Origin: Parcubacteria group bacterium GW2011_GWC1_36_108 | Lineage (GTDB): Bacteria; Patescibacteriota; Minisyncoccia; Moranbacterales; GWC2-37-73 | Reading direction: 5' to 3' | Length of the DNA: 64,000 nucleotides | NCBI GenBank assembly: GCA_000991245.1 | Contig: LBRD01000008.1 | Location: 1,686 to 65,685, forward strand | Part shown: positions 48,852 through 56,857 of the stretch, piece by piece | How the letters are laid out: every line of letters begins with the position of its first letter | Position numbering within the stretch: the stretch's first letter is position 1 | Notes under the pieces: generated by a model | What the model was told of the DNA's origin: nothing | Database searches by the model: none | Seen by the model: the letters and a program-made list of their open reading frames with translations, nothing else | Program-made: the position numbers and the translations under genes

Positions 48852-49955
48852 TTATTTACGCTTATATTCCTCTATTCCTCGCAGAGCAAGACCGATTGCG
48901 ACAGAAAAAGAAGCTCCCAGTTGAGATACTAATGGTTTAGCGTTTTCATCAACTAAAATTCTTTTCCAAGGATCTCCCACAGTAACAGGCATTCCAAGCG
49001 AACTAGTGAGATATTCCTCAAGACCTTTCATTTTTGATGTGCCGCCTGAAATAAAAATCCCATCAATGCGCAAGTTTTTATTTTTCTCTCTACAAGCATT
49101 CAATATTCGTTTTGATTCGCTCGCAATCAACTCCAACACAGGAATAACGAGCGCTGATTCTCTGCTATTTATTAAATCCTTATCTCCCTTTTTAAAACTT
49201 TCTGCCCGTTGCCTTGAAACAGCCATACTATCAACAATAGCGGTCGTAATTTCATTTCCACCAGCATCAATATTTCGATTGACTGTCACGACTCCTTTTT
49301 CTACTAAAATCATATTAGCTGCTCGAGAACCAATGTCGATAATAAAAAAATTGCCAACATCCTCACCTACCAAGCAGCGTGCAATTGAAAAAGTTTCCAA
49401 TTCGATGGCTCTAACTTCCATATTCATTCCGGAAACAAGTCTGTCGTAGTGTTCAATGTCTTTTTTTGGCGCAGCAACAAGAAGGACTCGTATTCGTTTG
49501 CTGTTATTTTTTTCCAAATTTTGCTGCGACACTTTGTCCGCTTCAAGATGTTCAATAATCTCCCAACTCATTGCGACCTCATCGAGAGAACTTGGGATAT
49601 ATTTGTGAGCCTCAAATTGAATGGCTCTGGCAAGCTCATCCTGCTGCATCTCAGGCAATTCAATGATTGTTATAAGCCCACTAAATCCAGGAATGGAAAC
49701 ATACGCCCTTGAGCCTCGTTTCAATTTCATTTTCGCAATTAAATTCTTGAGCGCGCTGTTTAGTTTTTGTTCATAAGAAGAAACATTTGCACCTTTTGGC
49801 TGATCACCTTGCCCACTCCAATTCAAGTCAACGACCCCATAATTTTCCAATTTGGTTTTTTGATTTTCAAAGGAAAGCTCCACAACTTTAATTGAGGACG
49901 TTCCGAAATCTATTCCGACAAAGTGATTGTCTACTTTCTTTAAAAATTCAAACAT
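48852..49955 (-). CDS. pilM: Type IV pilus assembly actin-like protein
   Basis: GIDFGTSSIKVVEL, IDIGS, SGGTS, AIGLALR. Confidence 0.93.
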   Translation of the reverse strand: MFEFLKKVDNHFVGIDFGTSSIKVVELSFENQKTKLENYGVVDLNWSGQGDQPKGANVSSYEQKLNSALKNLIAKMKLKRGSRAYVSIPGFSGLITIIELPEMQQDELARAIQFEAHKYIPSSLDEVAMSWEIIEHLEADKVSQQNLEKNNSKRIRVLLVAAPKKDIEHYDRLVSGMNMEVRAIELETFSIARCLVGEDVGNFFIIDIGSRAANMILVEKGVVTVNRNIDAGGNEITTAIVDSMAVSRQRAESFKKGDKDLINSRESALVIPVLELIASESKRILNACREKNKNLRIDGIFISGGTSKMKGLEEYLTSSLGMPVTVGDPWKRILVDENAKPLVSQLGASFSVAIGLALRGIEEYKRK

Positions 49956-50161
49956 TTTTGTATTTATTTTAGTCTAAAACTTGCAGATTATGTTATCATA
50001 ATAGTAAAAAGTCATTAAACTTTTTGGTATTGTCGTTCGCTCGGAGATAAAAGTGCTCTTTTATCTCACTCACTTTACTAAATAATAACATAATTTTGAA
50101 AAACAAACAACAGCTCTTGTTTATTATTTTTCCACAATGACACCATTATCATACCATAATT

Positions 50162-50893
50162 TTGAAAAACTTTCTTAAGAAAACACATTTCATCATATTG
50201 GACACATTATTTCCCATTTCTTGCATTAACTGCAAAAAAGAGGGTTCTTGGCTTTGCGACAAATGTCAAAATAACATTCACATTAATGAAGAACATCTGT
50301 GTCCAATATGTGAAAAAATGATCACTCCGGACGGACGAACTTGTCTTTCTTGCAAAAGAAAAAGCTTCCTTGATGGACTCCTTGTTGCAGCTTCCTATTC
50401 CCAATTTCAAATTTCAAAAGCAGTTCATCTTTTCAAATATCGCTTCGTGGATGATTTGCACATTCCTCTGGGAAACTTATTTGTAAACGTCCTGAGAAAA
50501 ACAGAACTCCCACTACCCAACATCATAACACCAGTGCCACTTCACAAAAGAAGGCTCCGCTGGCGAGGATTCAATCAATCAGCGCTGCTCGCAAAACATC
50601 TTGCGGATAATTTATTGCCTCAAAACAAAATACCATTTGACGAAAACATTCTTATTCGCAATCGCTACACGTCGCCACAGATGAAAATAAAAGATCACAT
50701 TTCGCGCAAGCAAAACATTGCCGGAGCATTTTCACTCTCTCCTGATGCGGAAATTAAAAACAAAACTGTTTTGTTAGTTGATGACATCGCCACCACCGGC
50801 TCCACGCTTTTTGAATGTGCCAAAATCCTTAAGGAAGCTGGGGCAAGCGAGGTTTTTGCAATTGTAATTGCTCGGCAGGAAACGAAGAGTTAA
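50162..50893 (+). CDS. comF: ComF-family competence protein (zinc ribbon plus PRTase)
   Basis: CxxC pairs, PVPLH...RGFNQS, LLVDDIATTGST. Confidence 0.92.
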   Translation: MKNFLKKTHFIILDTLFPISCINCKKEGSWLCDKCQNNIHINEEHLCPICEKMITPDGRTCLSCKRKSFLDGLLVAASYSQFQISKAVHLFKYRFVDDLHIPLGNLFVNVLRKTELPLPNIITPVPLHKRRLRWRGFNQSALLAKHLADNLLPQNKIPFDENILIRNRYTSPQMKIKDHISRKQNIAGAFSLSPDAEIKNKTVLLVDDIATTGSTLFECAKILKEAGASEVFAIVIARQETKS

Positions 50894-50962
50894 TGGTTAA
50901 GTGAGTGTTTTTTTGCTATACTGACAATGTAGTAACTGATACCATATTAAAAAATCTAACAT

Positions 50963-51556
50963 ATGTCTCAAAATCAACAAACAAAATACCAGGAATTCAT
51001 CTATAAAAATAAACGTGTCATAGAAAGTGTCACATTATCATGCAAAAAAAGACTAACAAAAAATCCAAGAATAACAACGGAGGAGCTTTTCACTGCACTC
51101 AGCAAAGAGTTTGGGGATGTCTATTATGAAGATAAAAACCTCTGGATTGCATATTTTAAAAAAAATATTCCTAGCATTTTACGTGAAATAGCTGAGGATG
51201 CGCGCTTGGAAAGCCTTGTATTAGAACAAAAAAAATTTTCATTTCAAGATGCTAATGATGAATTGCGAAACAATTTCAAAACTAACAAATATCACATCTC
51301 ATCACTTACCAATCTTCCAGGAGATGAACACATTGAAAAAAGCTTACCTACTGGAGATATAGACGATCAGGAAGATCCCGTAGAGTTTACAATAGTAATC
51401 CCACCCAGGGAAATGCCAAAAAAGGAAATAGAAACTGCACTGAAGCACCTAGAGGTAGAGCCGGAATTAGATCTACATTTAAAACCAATTTCCAAAAAAA
51501 CTCTCGATGAAGGAAGAGATAACAACTTCCCTTTTGGCAAAGGCATGTTGAAATAA
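50963..51556 (+). CDS. Hypothetical protein
   Basis: 197-aa ORF, with TGCTATACT extended -10 upstream. Confidence 0.65.
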   Translation: MSQNQQTKYQEFIYKNKRVIESVTLSCKKRLTKNPRITTEELFTALSKEFGDVYYEDKNLWIAYFKKNIPSILREIAEDARLESLVLEQKKFSFQDANDELRNNFKTNKYHISSLTNLPGDEHIEKSLPTGDIDDQEDPVEFTIVIPPREMPKKEIETALKHLEVEPELDLHLKPISKKTLDEGRDNNFPFGKGMLK

Positions 51557-51596
51557 CTTTAAATATTTATTTTTCAATATTAAATTAATTTGAGTT

Positions 51597-52202
51597 TTAC
51601 TGTTCTAATTTAACCACTCCTGCTTCAACAAGCGCGCGATAATGATCGGGCTTGCTACGCAGCAAATATTCAATAACCTTTCCTTTGACGGGCAAACTTT
51701 TCAGTCCATTTTTTTGTGCAAATTTTTCAATTTTTTCCAGCGCTTCAGCCATCTGTTTTTTTTCTTCCACCAAAAGTTCTATCGCCCCAATATTATAAAC
51801 ACCTTTGTCATCATAAACCACATTGTCAAGATCAATAACAAATTCTTCTTTTTTGAATTTTTTTCTTGTTGTGACGCAATTGCAAAAAGGTTTATAACCA
51901 AAAGCTTCAATATCACTTTCAAAATCATTTATTTTTGCAATCGCAAAAATTTCCCTTATTTTTTCCTCCCCTTCAATTTCTTGATATTGCTGCGAAAAAT
52001 TTTTATCGCCCAAGTGCATCGGCAATTTCAATTCAAAATCCTCTCCTCTTTTTCTCAGCCAAATGTCATTTTTCGTCAGTGCAAATTCATCAGTGTCATA
52101 ATAAACATCTGTAAAAGTTTTTTCACCAACAAAATCAGCTCCCCCAACAAGCCTCTCAATGTCGCTTTCAGAAAGTATAAATTTTTTCTCTACTTCAAAC
52201 AT
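51597..52202 (-). CDS. CYTH-domain (triphosphate tunnel) protein
   Basis: EVEKKF, DVYYD...WLRKR...ELK. Confidence 0.88.
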   Translation of the reverse strand: MFEVEKKFILSESDIERLVGGADFVGEKTFTDVYYDTDEFALTKNDIWLRKRGEDFELKLPMHLGDKNFSQQYQEIEGEEKIREIFAIAKINDFESDIEAFGYKPFCNCVTTRKKFKKEEFVIDLDNVVYDDKGVYNIGAIELLVEEKKQMAEALEKIEKFAQKNGLKSLPVKGKVIEYLLRSKPDHYRALVEAGVVKLEQ

Positions 52203-52205
52203 AAT

Positions 52206-52245
52206 AGTTAGTTTATAAAGTTCATAAAGTTATAAAGTTTATGAA
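52206..52245. repeat. TTATAAAG-type repeat arm just upstream of the CYTH start
   Basis: 20-mer AGTTCATAAAGTTATAAAGT (52219-52238) is identical to 61775-61794 upstream of trpS. Confidence 0.7.
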
Positions 52246-52309
52246 CGGAAAATCACCAGACAAATCAAAAACAATTCAATGCCATAACTTGTCTAAAATT
52301 AAATTATCA

Positions 52310-53506
52310 TCAAGCAACAACTTCCACATTTTCCTGCGTTATGATTTTTTCATTTATGCAGCATTTTTTCATAATGAAAAAAGCTGCTGATAATAATAGA
52401 ATATTAAGTAGAAAAGGCCATTGCACATTTTTGACGAATAGTGCGCCTGCCAATAATGGTCCAACAATCATAGAGACGGACATTATTGAGGCCATAATCC
52501 CCATAACCTCTCCTCTTTTTTGAGCGCCTGCCACACTTGCAATCCCACTAGACATCAAAACGCGAAGTGTTGATTGACCAACTGTGGTCAAGAGAAGACC
52601 GGCAGCAAAAAAAGCGAAGATTTTTAAATCCAGAAAAACAAAACCCAAAATCATAACCACAAAAAACCAGATCTCCAAATCAACTTCTTTGAAATATTTA
52701 AGCCATATTCTCTTGAGCGCAAAACCTTGATTGATAACAAGAATAACTCCCATAGCCGTGAAGAGATATCCTGTTGCGGAAGCTGAGAAACCAAAAACTG
52801 ATTTCACAAAAAGTGCAAAAATTGATTGCATTCCTGCAAAAGCAATACCAAAAAGAAACCACGCTATGTATCGAGACCTGAGCATCCTGTCTTTCATTGC
52901 ACTGAAAAGTGGAATGAATGGATTTATCGGAATTTTTTTGACAGCATTTTTGTTATGATTTGTTTCTGGCAAAAAGAAATATGCACCGATTGCGTTGAAC
53001 ATTGCCAAGAATCCCACAAACCAAAATGGAAGTGCTGGCGAAATTCCTCCAAGCGTTGCCCCAATAACAGGACCTATCATAAAACCGATTCCAAAAACCG
53101 CACCGATCAGTCCTAGATTTGTGGTTCGTTCTTTGTCATTTTTCGCAATATCCAACAAATAGCTTTGTGCGATTGGAAAATTTCCTGCAGCTGCTCCGTC
53201 AATAATGCGTCCCAAAAACAAAAGCCAGACAGAATTTGCTGAAGCAAAAACAAACCAACCAAAAGCCGTGCTTGCGATGCTGATAATCAAAATCGGCCTG
53301 CGTCCAATTTTATCGGAAAGTGCTCCCAGAAATGGACTGCTCACAAAAGAAAAGAATGCAAAAACTGAAAAAAGCAGGGTTACCACAAAAGAAGAAACAC
53401 CAAAACTTTCCACATAAAAAGGCAGCACAGGAATAATAATACCCAGACCTATTACATCAACCAGAACCGTCAGGATAATTATAATTTTTATTTTTTCAAA
53501 TTTCAT
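52310..53506 (-). CDS. MFS transporter (TetA/DHA1-like)
   Basis: GALSDKIGRRP motif A, GRIIDG, GPVIG; about 12 TM helices. Confidence 0.9.
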   Translation of the reverse strand: MKFEKIKIIIILTVLVDVIGLGIIIPVLPFYVESFGVSSFVVTLLFSVFAFFSFVSSPFLGALSDKIGRRPILIISIASTAFGWFVFASANSVWLLFLGRIIDGAAAGNFPIAQSYLLDIAKNDKERTTNLGLIGAVFGIGFMIGPVIGATLGGISPALPFWFVGFLAMFNAIGAYFFLPETNHNKNAVKKIPINPFIPLFSAMKDRMLRSRYIAWFLFGIAFAGMQSIFALFVKSVFGFSASATGYLFTAMGVILVINQGFALKRIWLKYFKEVDLEIWFFVVMILGFVFLDLKIFAFFAAGLLLTTVGQSTLRVLMSSGIASVAGAQKRGEVMGIMASIMSVSMIVGPLLAGALFVKNVQWPFLLNILLLSAAFFIMKKCCINEKIITQENVEVVA

Positions 53507-53559
53507 TGAATTATTTTTCCATTACTAATTTCAAATTAACACGCAGAAGAGAAACGTTT

Positions 53560-54069
53560 TTACATCCTTTGTCCGAAATTTCTTCCAGATTGCCAAGTTT
53601 CTTCCTCCTCTTCAACTGGAGTTATGTGATACTTAATAATGGTAACTTTTGAGCCGGCGTAGACATCGCTTTCATCAACTTCTTCTATCATATTTCGCCT
53701 ATCCTTTTCATACAGTTTACCCTTGGATTCAATATTAAAAACATCAAAATATTCGATTGACTCTTTCATTCCATATTCACCTTTAACATTAAGATTAATT
53801 TCTTTTTCTTCTGTTCCAAAATCCTCAATCACTATTTTTATTTTTTCCTCATCAAAAATAGCGGTTACTTTCCCGTCACTTTTTCCGTCGCTCAGTGAAT
53901 TTTTTACCAACTGAACAAGGTAATTCCCCACAGCATACAATTTTCCAGGAGTTGCAGGAGAGTTAGATTGCTTCGAAGTTTCTTTCCACCAATCTCCAAC
54001 TATTTGCGGGATGTTGTTTGCTTGGGCTGCTTTGATTTCAAGGCTCGCTTCAAAAATTACATCAGCCAT
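53560..54069 (-). CDS. Hypothetical protein (possible degenerate HATPase fold)
   Basis: LVKNS...IVIEDFG...GEYG pattern; ATG 54069 preferred (ORF track 54141). Confidence 0.6.
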   Translation of the reverse strand: MADVIFEASLEIKAAQANNIPQIVGDWWKETSKQSNSPATPGKLYAVGNYLVQLVKNSLSDGKSDGKVTAIFDEEKIKIVIEDFGTEEKEINLNVKGEYGMKESIEYFDVFNIESKGKLYEKDRRNMIEEVDESDVYAGSKVTIIKYHITPVEEEEETWQSGRNFGQRM

Positions 54070-54088
54070 CTTATTTACTTTTAAAGAA

Positions 54089-54397
54089 TTATCCAAACAA
54101 TTTTTCTTTATCATCACTATCAATTTCTTTTTTTTCACCAATCACTTCTTTCTCATAAACCCAGAAACGTTCACCTTCTGATGACAACTGCCAACCTGAT
54201 TTTTCAAGTCTTGCCTTTTTCATTTCAGCAGCTGGATCATTTTTTTCAACTGTTTCCATCATCCAATCATCTTCCCCTTCCCTGTGTTCAACAAGTCTGT
54301 TGTGAAATTTGTTATACACAATTTCACTTTTTTCCAATTGTGTTTTTTGATCTTCCTCTTTTTTCAAAAAAGGATTCTCAAATGAAGATCCATTCAT
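54089..54397 (-). CDS. Hypothetical protein
   Basis: 102-aa acidic ORF, co-directional with neighbours. Confidence 0.6.
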   Translation of the reverse strand: MNGSSFENPFLKKEEDQKTQLEKSEIVYNKFHNRLVEHREGEDDWMMETVEKNDPAAEMKKARLEKSGWQLSSEGERFWVYEKEVIGEKKEIDSDDKEKLFG

Positions 54398-54451
54398 ATG
54401 TTTTTTAGTTTATTTATCTTTATTTATTATACTCCACTCCGAAAAATACAC

Positions 54452-54479
54452 AAAAAAGAGTTCATAAGAACTCTTTTTT
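54452..54479 (-). terminator. Terminator after the tRNA-Ser cluster
   Basis: AAAAAAGAGTTC-ATAA-GAACTCTTTTTT. Confidence 0.7.
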
Positions 54480-54483
54480 AATT

Positions 54484-54666
54484 TGCGGAGAAGGAGGGAT
54501 TCCTCTTCCTCCGCAATTTCTCGCGAGTACGCAGAGAAATTTCTCCTCCAGAGCCTGGGTTTCTAAAAAAGCAAAACCGTTTGCTTTTTTAGAATACCCT
54601 TCGAATCCTTCCTCTTTTTCAAATACATAAAATAGAGTCCCCCAAAAGGGACTCTATTTTATGTAT
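54484..54666 (-). repeat. tRNA-linked element ending in a duplicate of the tRNA-Ser(GCT) 3' end
   Basis: 19-bp direct repeat 54484-54502 = 54666-54684; three hairpins; antisense T-arm at 54600-54612. Confidence 0.75.
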
Positions 54667-54667
54667 G

Positions 54668-54754
54668 CGGAGAAGGAGGGATTCGAACCCTCGAGGGGTT
54701 TTACCCCCTGCCTCGTTAGCAGTGAGGTGCTTTCGGCCTCTCAGCCACCTCTCC
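54668..54754 (-). tRNA. tRNA-Ser (GCT)
   Basis: GGAGAGG acceptor, CT-GCT-AA loop, long variable arm, GTTCGAATCC. Confidence 0.93.
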
Positions 54755-54771
54755 TAAAATATTCAATTGTG

Positions 54772-54856
54772 AGGAAGCGAAGAGATTCGAACTCTTGATG
54801 GGTCGCCCCATGACAGTTTTCAAGACTGTTGCCTTCAACCGCTCGGCCACGCTTCC
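54772..54856 (-). tRNA. tRNA-Ser (TGA)
   Basis: GGAAGCG/CGCTTCC acceptor, ACAGT-CTTGAAA-ACTGT anticodon arm, long variable arm. Confidence 0.93.
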
Positions 54857-54921
54857 AAATTGTTTTTTCCAAAAACATAAAAAACTGATGCCTCGCAGTT
54901 GCCCTGGTTTTCTTTTGAAAA

Positions 54922-54968
54922 CCTTCAAATGCTCCTATTTCGCATTTGAACCACTCGGACATGCTTCC
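54922..54968 (-). other. tRNA-Ser-like 5' fragment with a hairpin inserted in the D-loop
   Basis: GGAAGCATGTCCGAGTGGT..TGAAGG resembles the 5' end of the adjacent tRNA-Ser(TGA); no anticodon arm or T-arm follows. Confidence 0.5.
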
Positions 54969-55107
54969 TTCTTTTTTCAACTCCACATATCATAACAGCT
55001 AGAAACATATTTGTAAACCCGCACACTCAATAATATAAATAGCATACAACACTTTGAGTGTGTGGGTAAATATGCTAGAATTGAGCCAAGTCTATCTAAA
55101 CGAATAT

Positions 55108-55151
55108 ACCTCAGTGAAATATGTCTGCTTGCTAGCAGAATTTCACGGGGC
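55108..55151. repeat. GTGAAAT...ATTTCAC REP (CCCCGT family)
   Basis: CCTCAGTGAAAT ... ATTTCACGGGG with an inner TCTGCT/AGCAGA hairpin. Confidence 0.65.
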
Positions 55152-55159
55152 AAGAAAAT

Positions 55160-55756
55160 ATGTCATTTGATCTTAGAAATTCCAAGCCGCTTCATTCAGC
55201 TAATATACCCACAAAATCAGGTCATATTCAACAAGAAAAAATAGAAGAAAAGCAGCCCGTAGAGCAAGATGATTCATATCGAAAAAATAATTCAGGAGAA
55301 GTTTTGCATCAATGGAAGGCACCAGAATTTGAAGTATACGAAAAAAGTGCTCGATGGTATATTATTTTTGGACTTTTTATTGTTGCCATGATTGCCTATG
55401 CAATGAGCACCAATAGCCCCATTATGGCAATAACCTTCATCTTGTTAGGTATTGTTGGATATATCTACTTGCAAAAAGATCCGCGTGTTATCACCTTTTC
55501 TATAACATCCAAAGGGGTTACAGCTGACAAGGAAATGTATTTATACGAAAATATACATTCCTTTTGGATTTTTTATGATCCAAATCACACCAAAACTATT
55601 AGTCTTCACACAAAAGCTTCTATGCTTCCATTTGTTCATATACCTCTTAACAATGAGGATCCAGTAAAAATGCGCGAATTTTTAATGCAAAACATTCCCG
55701 AAATTAAACAAGATCCAGGATTGATTGATGCAATTGAACGCGTTTTACATATCTAA
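55160..55756 (+). CDS. Hypothetical 2-TM membrane protein
   Basis: 198 aa; WKAPEF...W, two TM helices, FWI motif. Confidence 0.75.
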   Translation: MSFDLRNSKPLHSANIPTKSGHIQQEKIEEKQPVEQDDSYRKNNSGEVLHQWKAPEFEVYEKSARWYIIFGLFIVAMIAYAMSTNSPIMAITFILLGIVGYIYLQKDPRVITFSITSKGVTADKEMYLYENIHSFWIFYDPNHTKTISLHTKASMLPFVHIPLNNEDPVKMREFLMQNIPEIKQDPGLIDAIERVLHI

Positions 55757-55920
55757 CTAACTTACAACCAACAACAAACAACGTACAACAGGGGCTCTGG
55801 TATTGCTTTATTTTAATTTTTATCGTAGACTGAGTTCTGTCAGATAAAGACTACCTACGATATTGTTTTAATCGTATTTATTGAATTTTGTTGTTAGTTG
55901 TTAGTTGTAGGTTGTTAGTC
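55757..55920. repeat. 7-bp-period (ACAACxx) inverted-arm element
   Basis: CTAACTTACAACCAACAAC... starts at the stop codon; ...GTTGTTAGTTGTAGGTTGTTAG before the tRNA. Confidence 0.7.
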
Positions 55921-55929
55921 ATAAGAGAA

Positions 55930-56002
55930 GTGCTTGTAGCTCAGTGGATAGAGCGTCTGGTTGCGGTCCAGAAGGTCGCAGGTCCGATTCCTGCCTAGCA
56001 CA
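55930..56002 (+). tRNA. tRNA-Arg (GCG)
   Basis: GTGCTTG/CTAGCAC acceptor, TCTGG-TTGCGGT-CCAGA anticodon arm, T-loop TCCGATT. Confidence 0.88.
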
Positions 56003-56174
56003 CAAATGAATGAAATGAGTTTGAGGGCTTGGAGTGAGTGAACGATTTCACTCACGTCAGGAATCGGACGCCGGAGCAATTTTCGTCAGCAGACGAAAAT
56101 GCGAGGCGGTGGCCAGACAAATTTTTGCGTCGGCAAAAATTTAGTCGAGGCCGATTCCTGCCTAGCACACAAAT
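55984..56174 (+). repeat. tRNA-linked element ending in a duplicate of the tRNA-Arg 3' end
   Basis: 24-bp direct repeat 55984-56007 = 56151-56174; three hairpins; antisense T-arm at 56058-56069. Confidence 0.8.
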
Positions 56175-56217
56175 TTAGCACACACATTTGTCGGAAAATG
56201 TCAGGAATTTAAAGGTC

Positions 56218-56246
56218 TTGACATTTTTCGATAAAAGGAGTATAAT
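56218..56246 (+). promoter_or_regulatory. Consensus sigma70 promoter for the TraR/DksA gene
   Basis: TTGACA-17 bp-TATAAT; SD AGGAGGT before ATG 56311. Confidence 0.8.
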
Positions 56247-56310
56247 ATAAGATTATAGTTTTTTTACAAAAACCAGCACACTTGTTGTGCAAAAACCAGG
56301 AGGTTAACCG

Positions 56311-56760
56311 ATGGAAGAAAAAGAGATAACGATGCTTCGCACCAAGCTCATCAGCACAGCCAGAACACTGCTAACACAGCTTCATGACATTATCCCAGAA
56401 GAACCTCTGGGAAGTTTCAAAGGTGGAGATGGTTTGGAATCAGAAGGAATGATTGTTAACCATACTCAAAATGTGATTGATGTTAGTCGCAAAGAAGGGA
56501 ATGTGGAAATTATCACAGAATGCCTGCGATCGTTAGAAAAAATCGACGAAGGTTCTTACGGCGAATGCGATGAATGCGAAAAGCCTATCGCCACTGGCCG
56601 CTTGAAACTTTCCCCTTATTCCAATCTTTGCACTCAATGCAAAAGCGATCAGGAAAAAGCCAACAAACACCTGTGCATTGTTTCTGATCAGGGACCACAC
56701 TCCTGCGTTAGCATCAAAACAATCAGGCAGCGCCTGTATTCGTGCATCGCACACGCCTAA
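56311..56760 (+). CDS. TraR/DksA C4-type zinc finger protein
   Basis: LEKIDEGSYGECDECEKPI...RL...P...LCTQCK. Confidence 0.85.
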   Translation: MEEKEITMLRTKLISTARTLLTQLHDIIPEEPLGSFKGGDGLESEGMIVNHTQNVIDVSRKEGNVEIITECLRSLEKIDEGSYGECDECEKPIATGRLKLSPYSNLCTQCKSDQEKANKHLCIVSDQGPHSCVSIKTIRQRLYSCIAHA

Positions 56761-56857
56761 AAATTACCCCGCCCCGGGAACAGAAATGTTTCCGGGGATT
56801 TTTTTATTCCCAAGATTATCACTAGATACAAAATATCCAATGAGCTATAATTTAAGT

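Noticed and set aside
54716-54995. Short ORFs of 66-81 aa
   Set aside because: They overlap the tRNA-Ser genes and are spurious.
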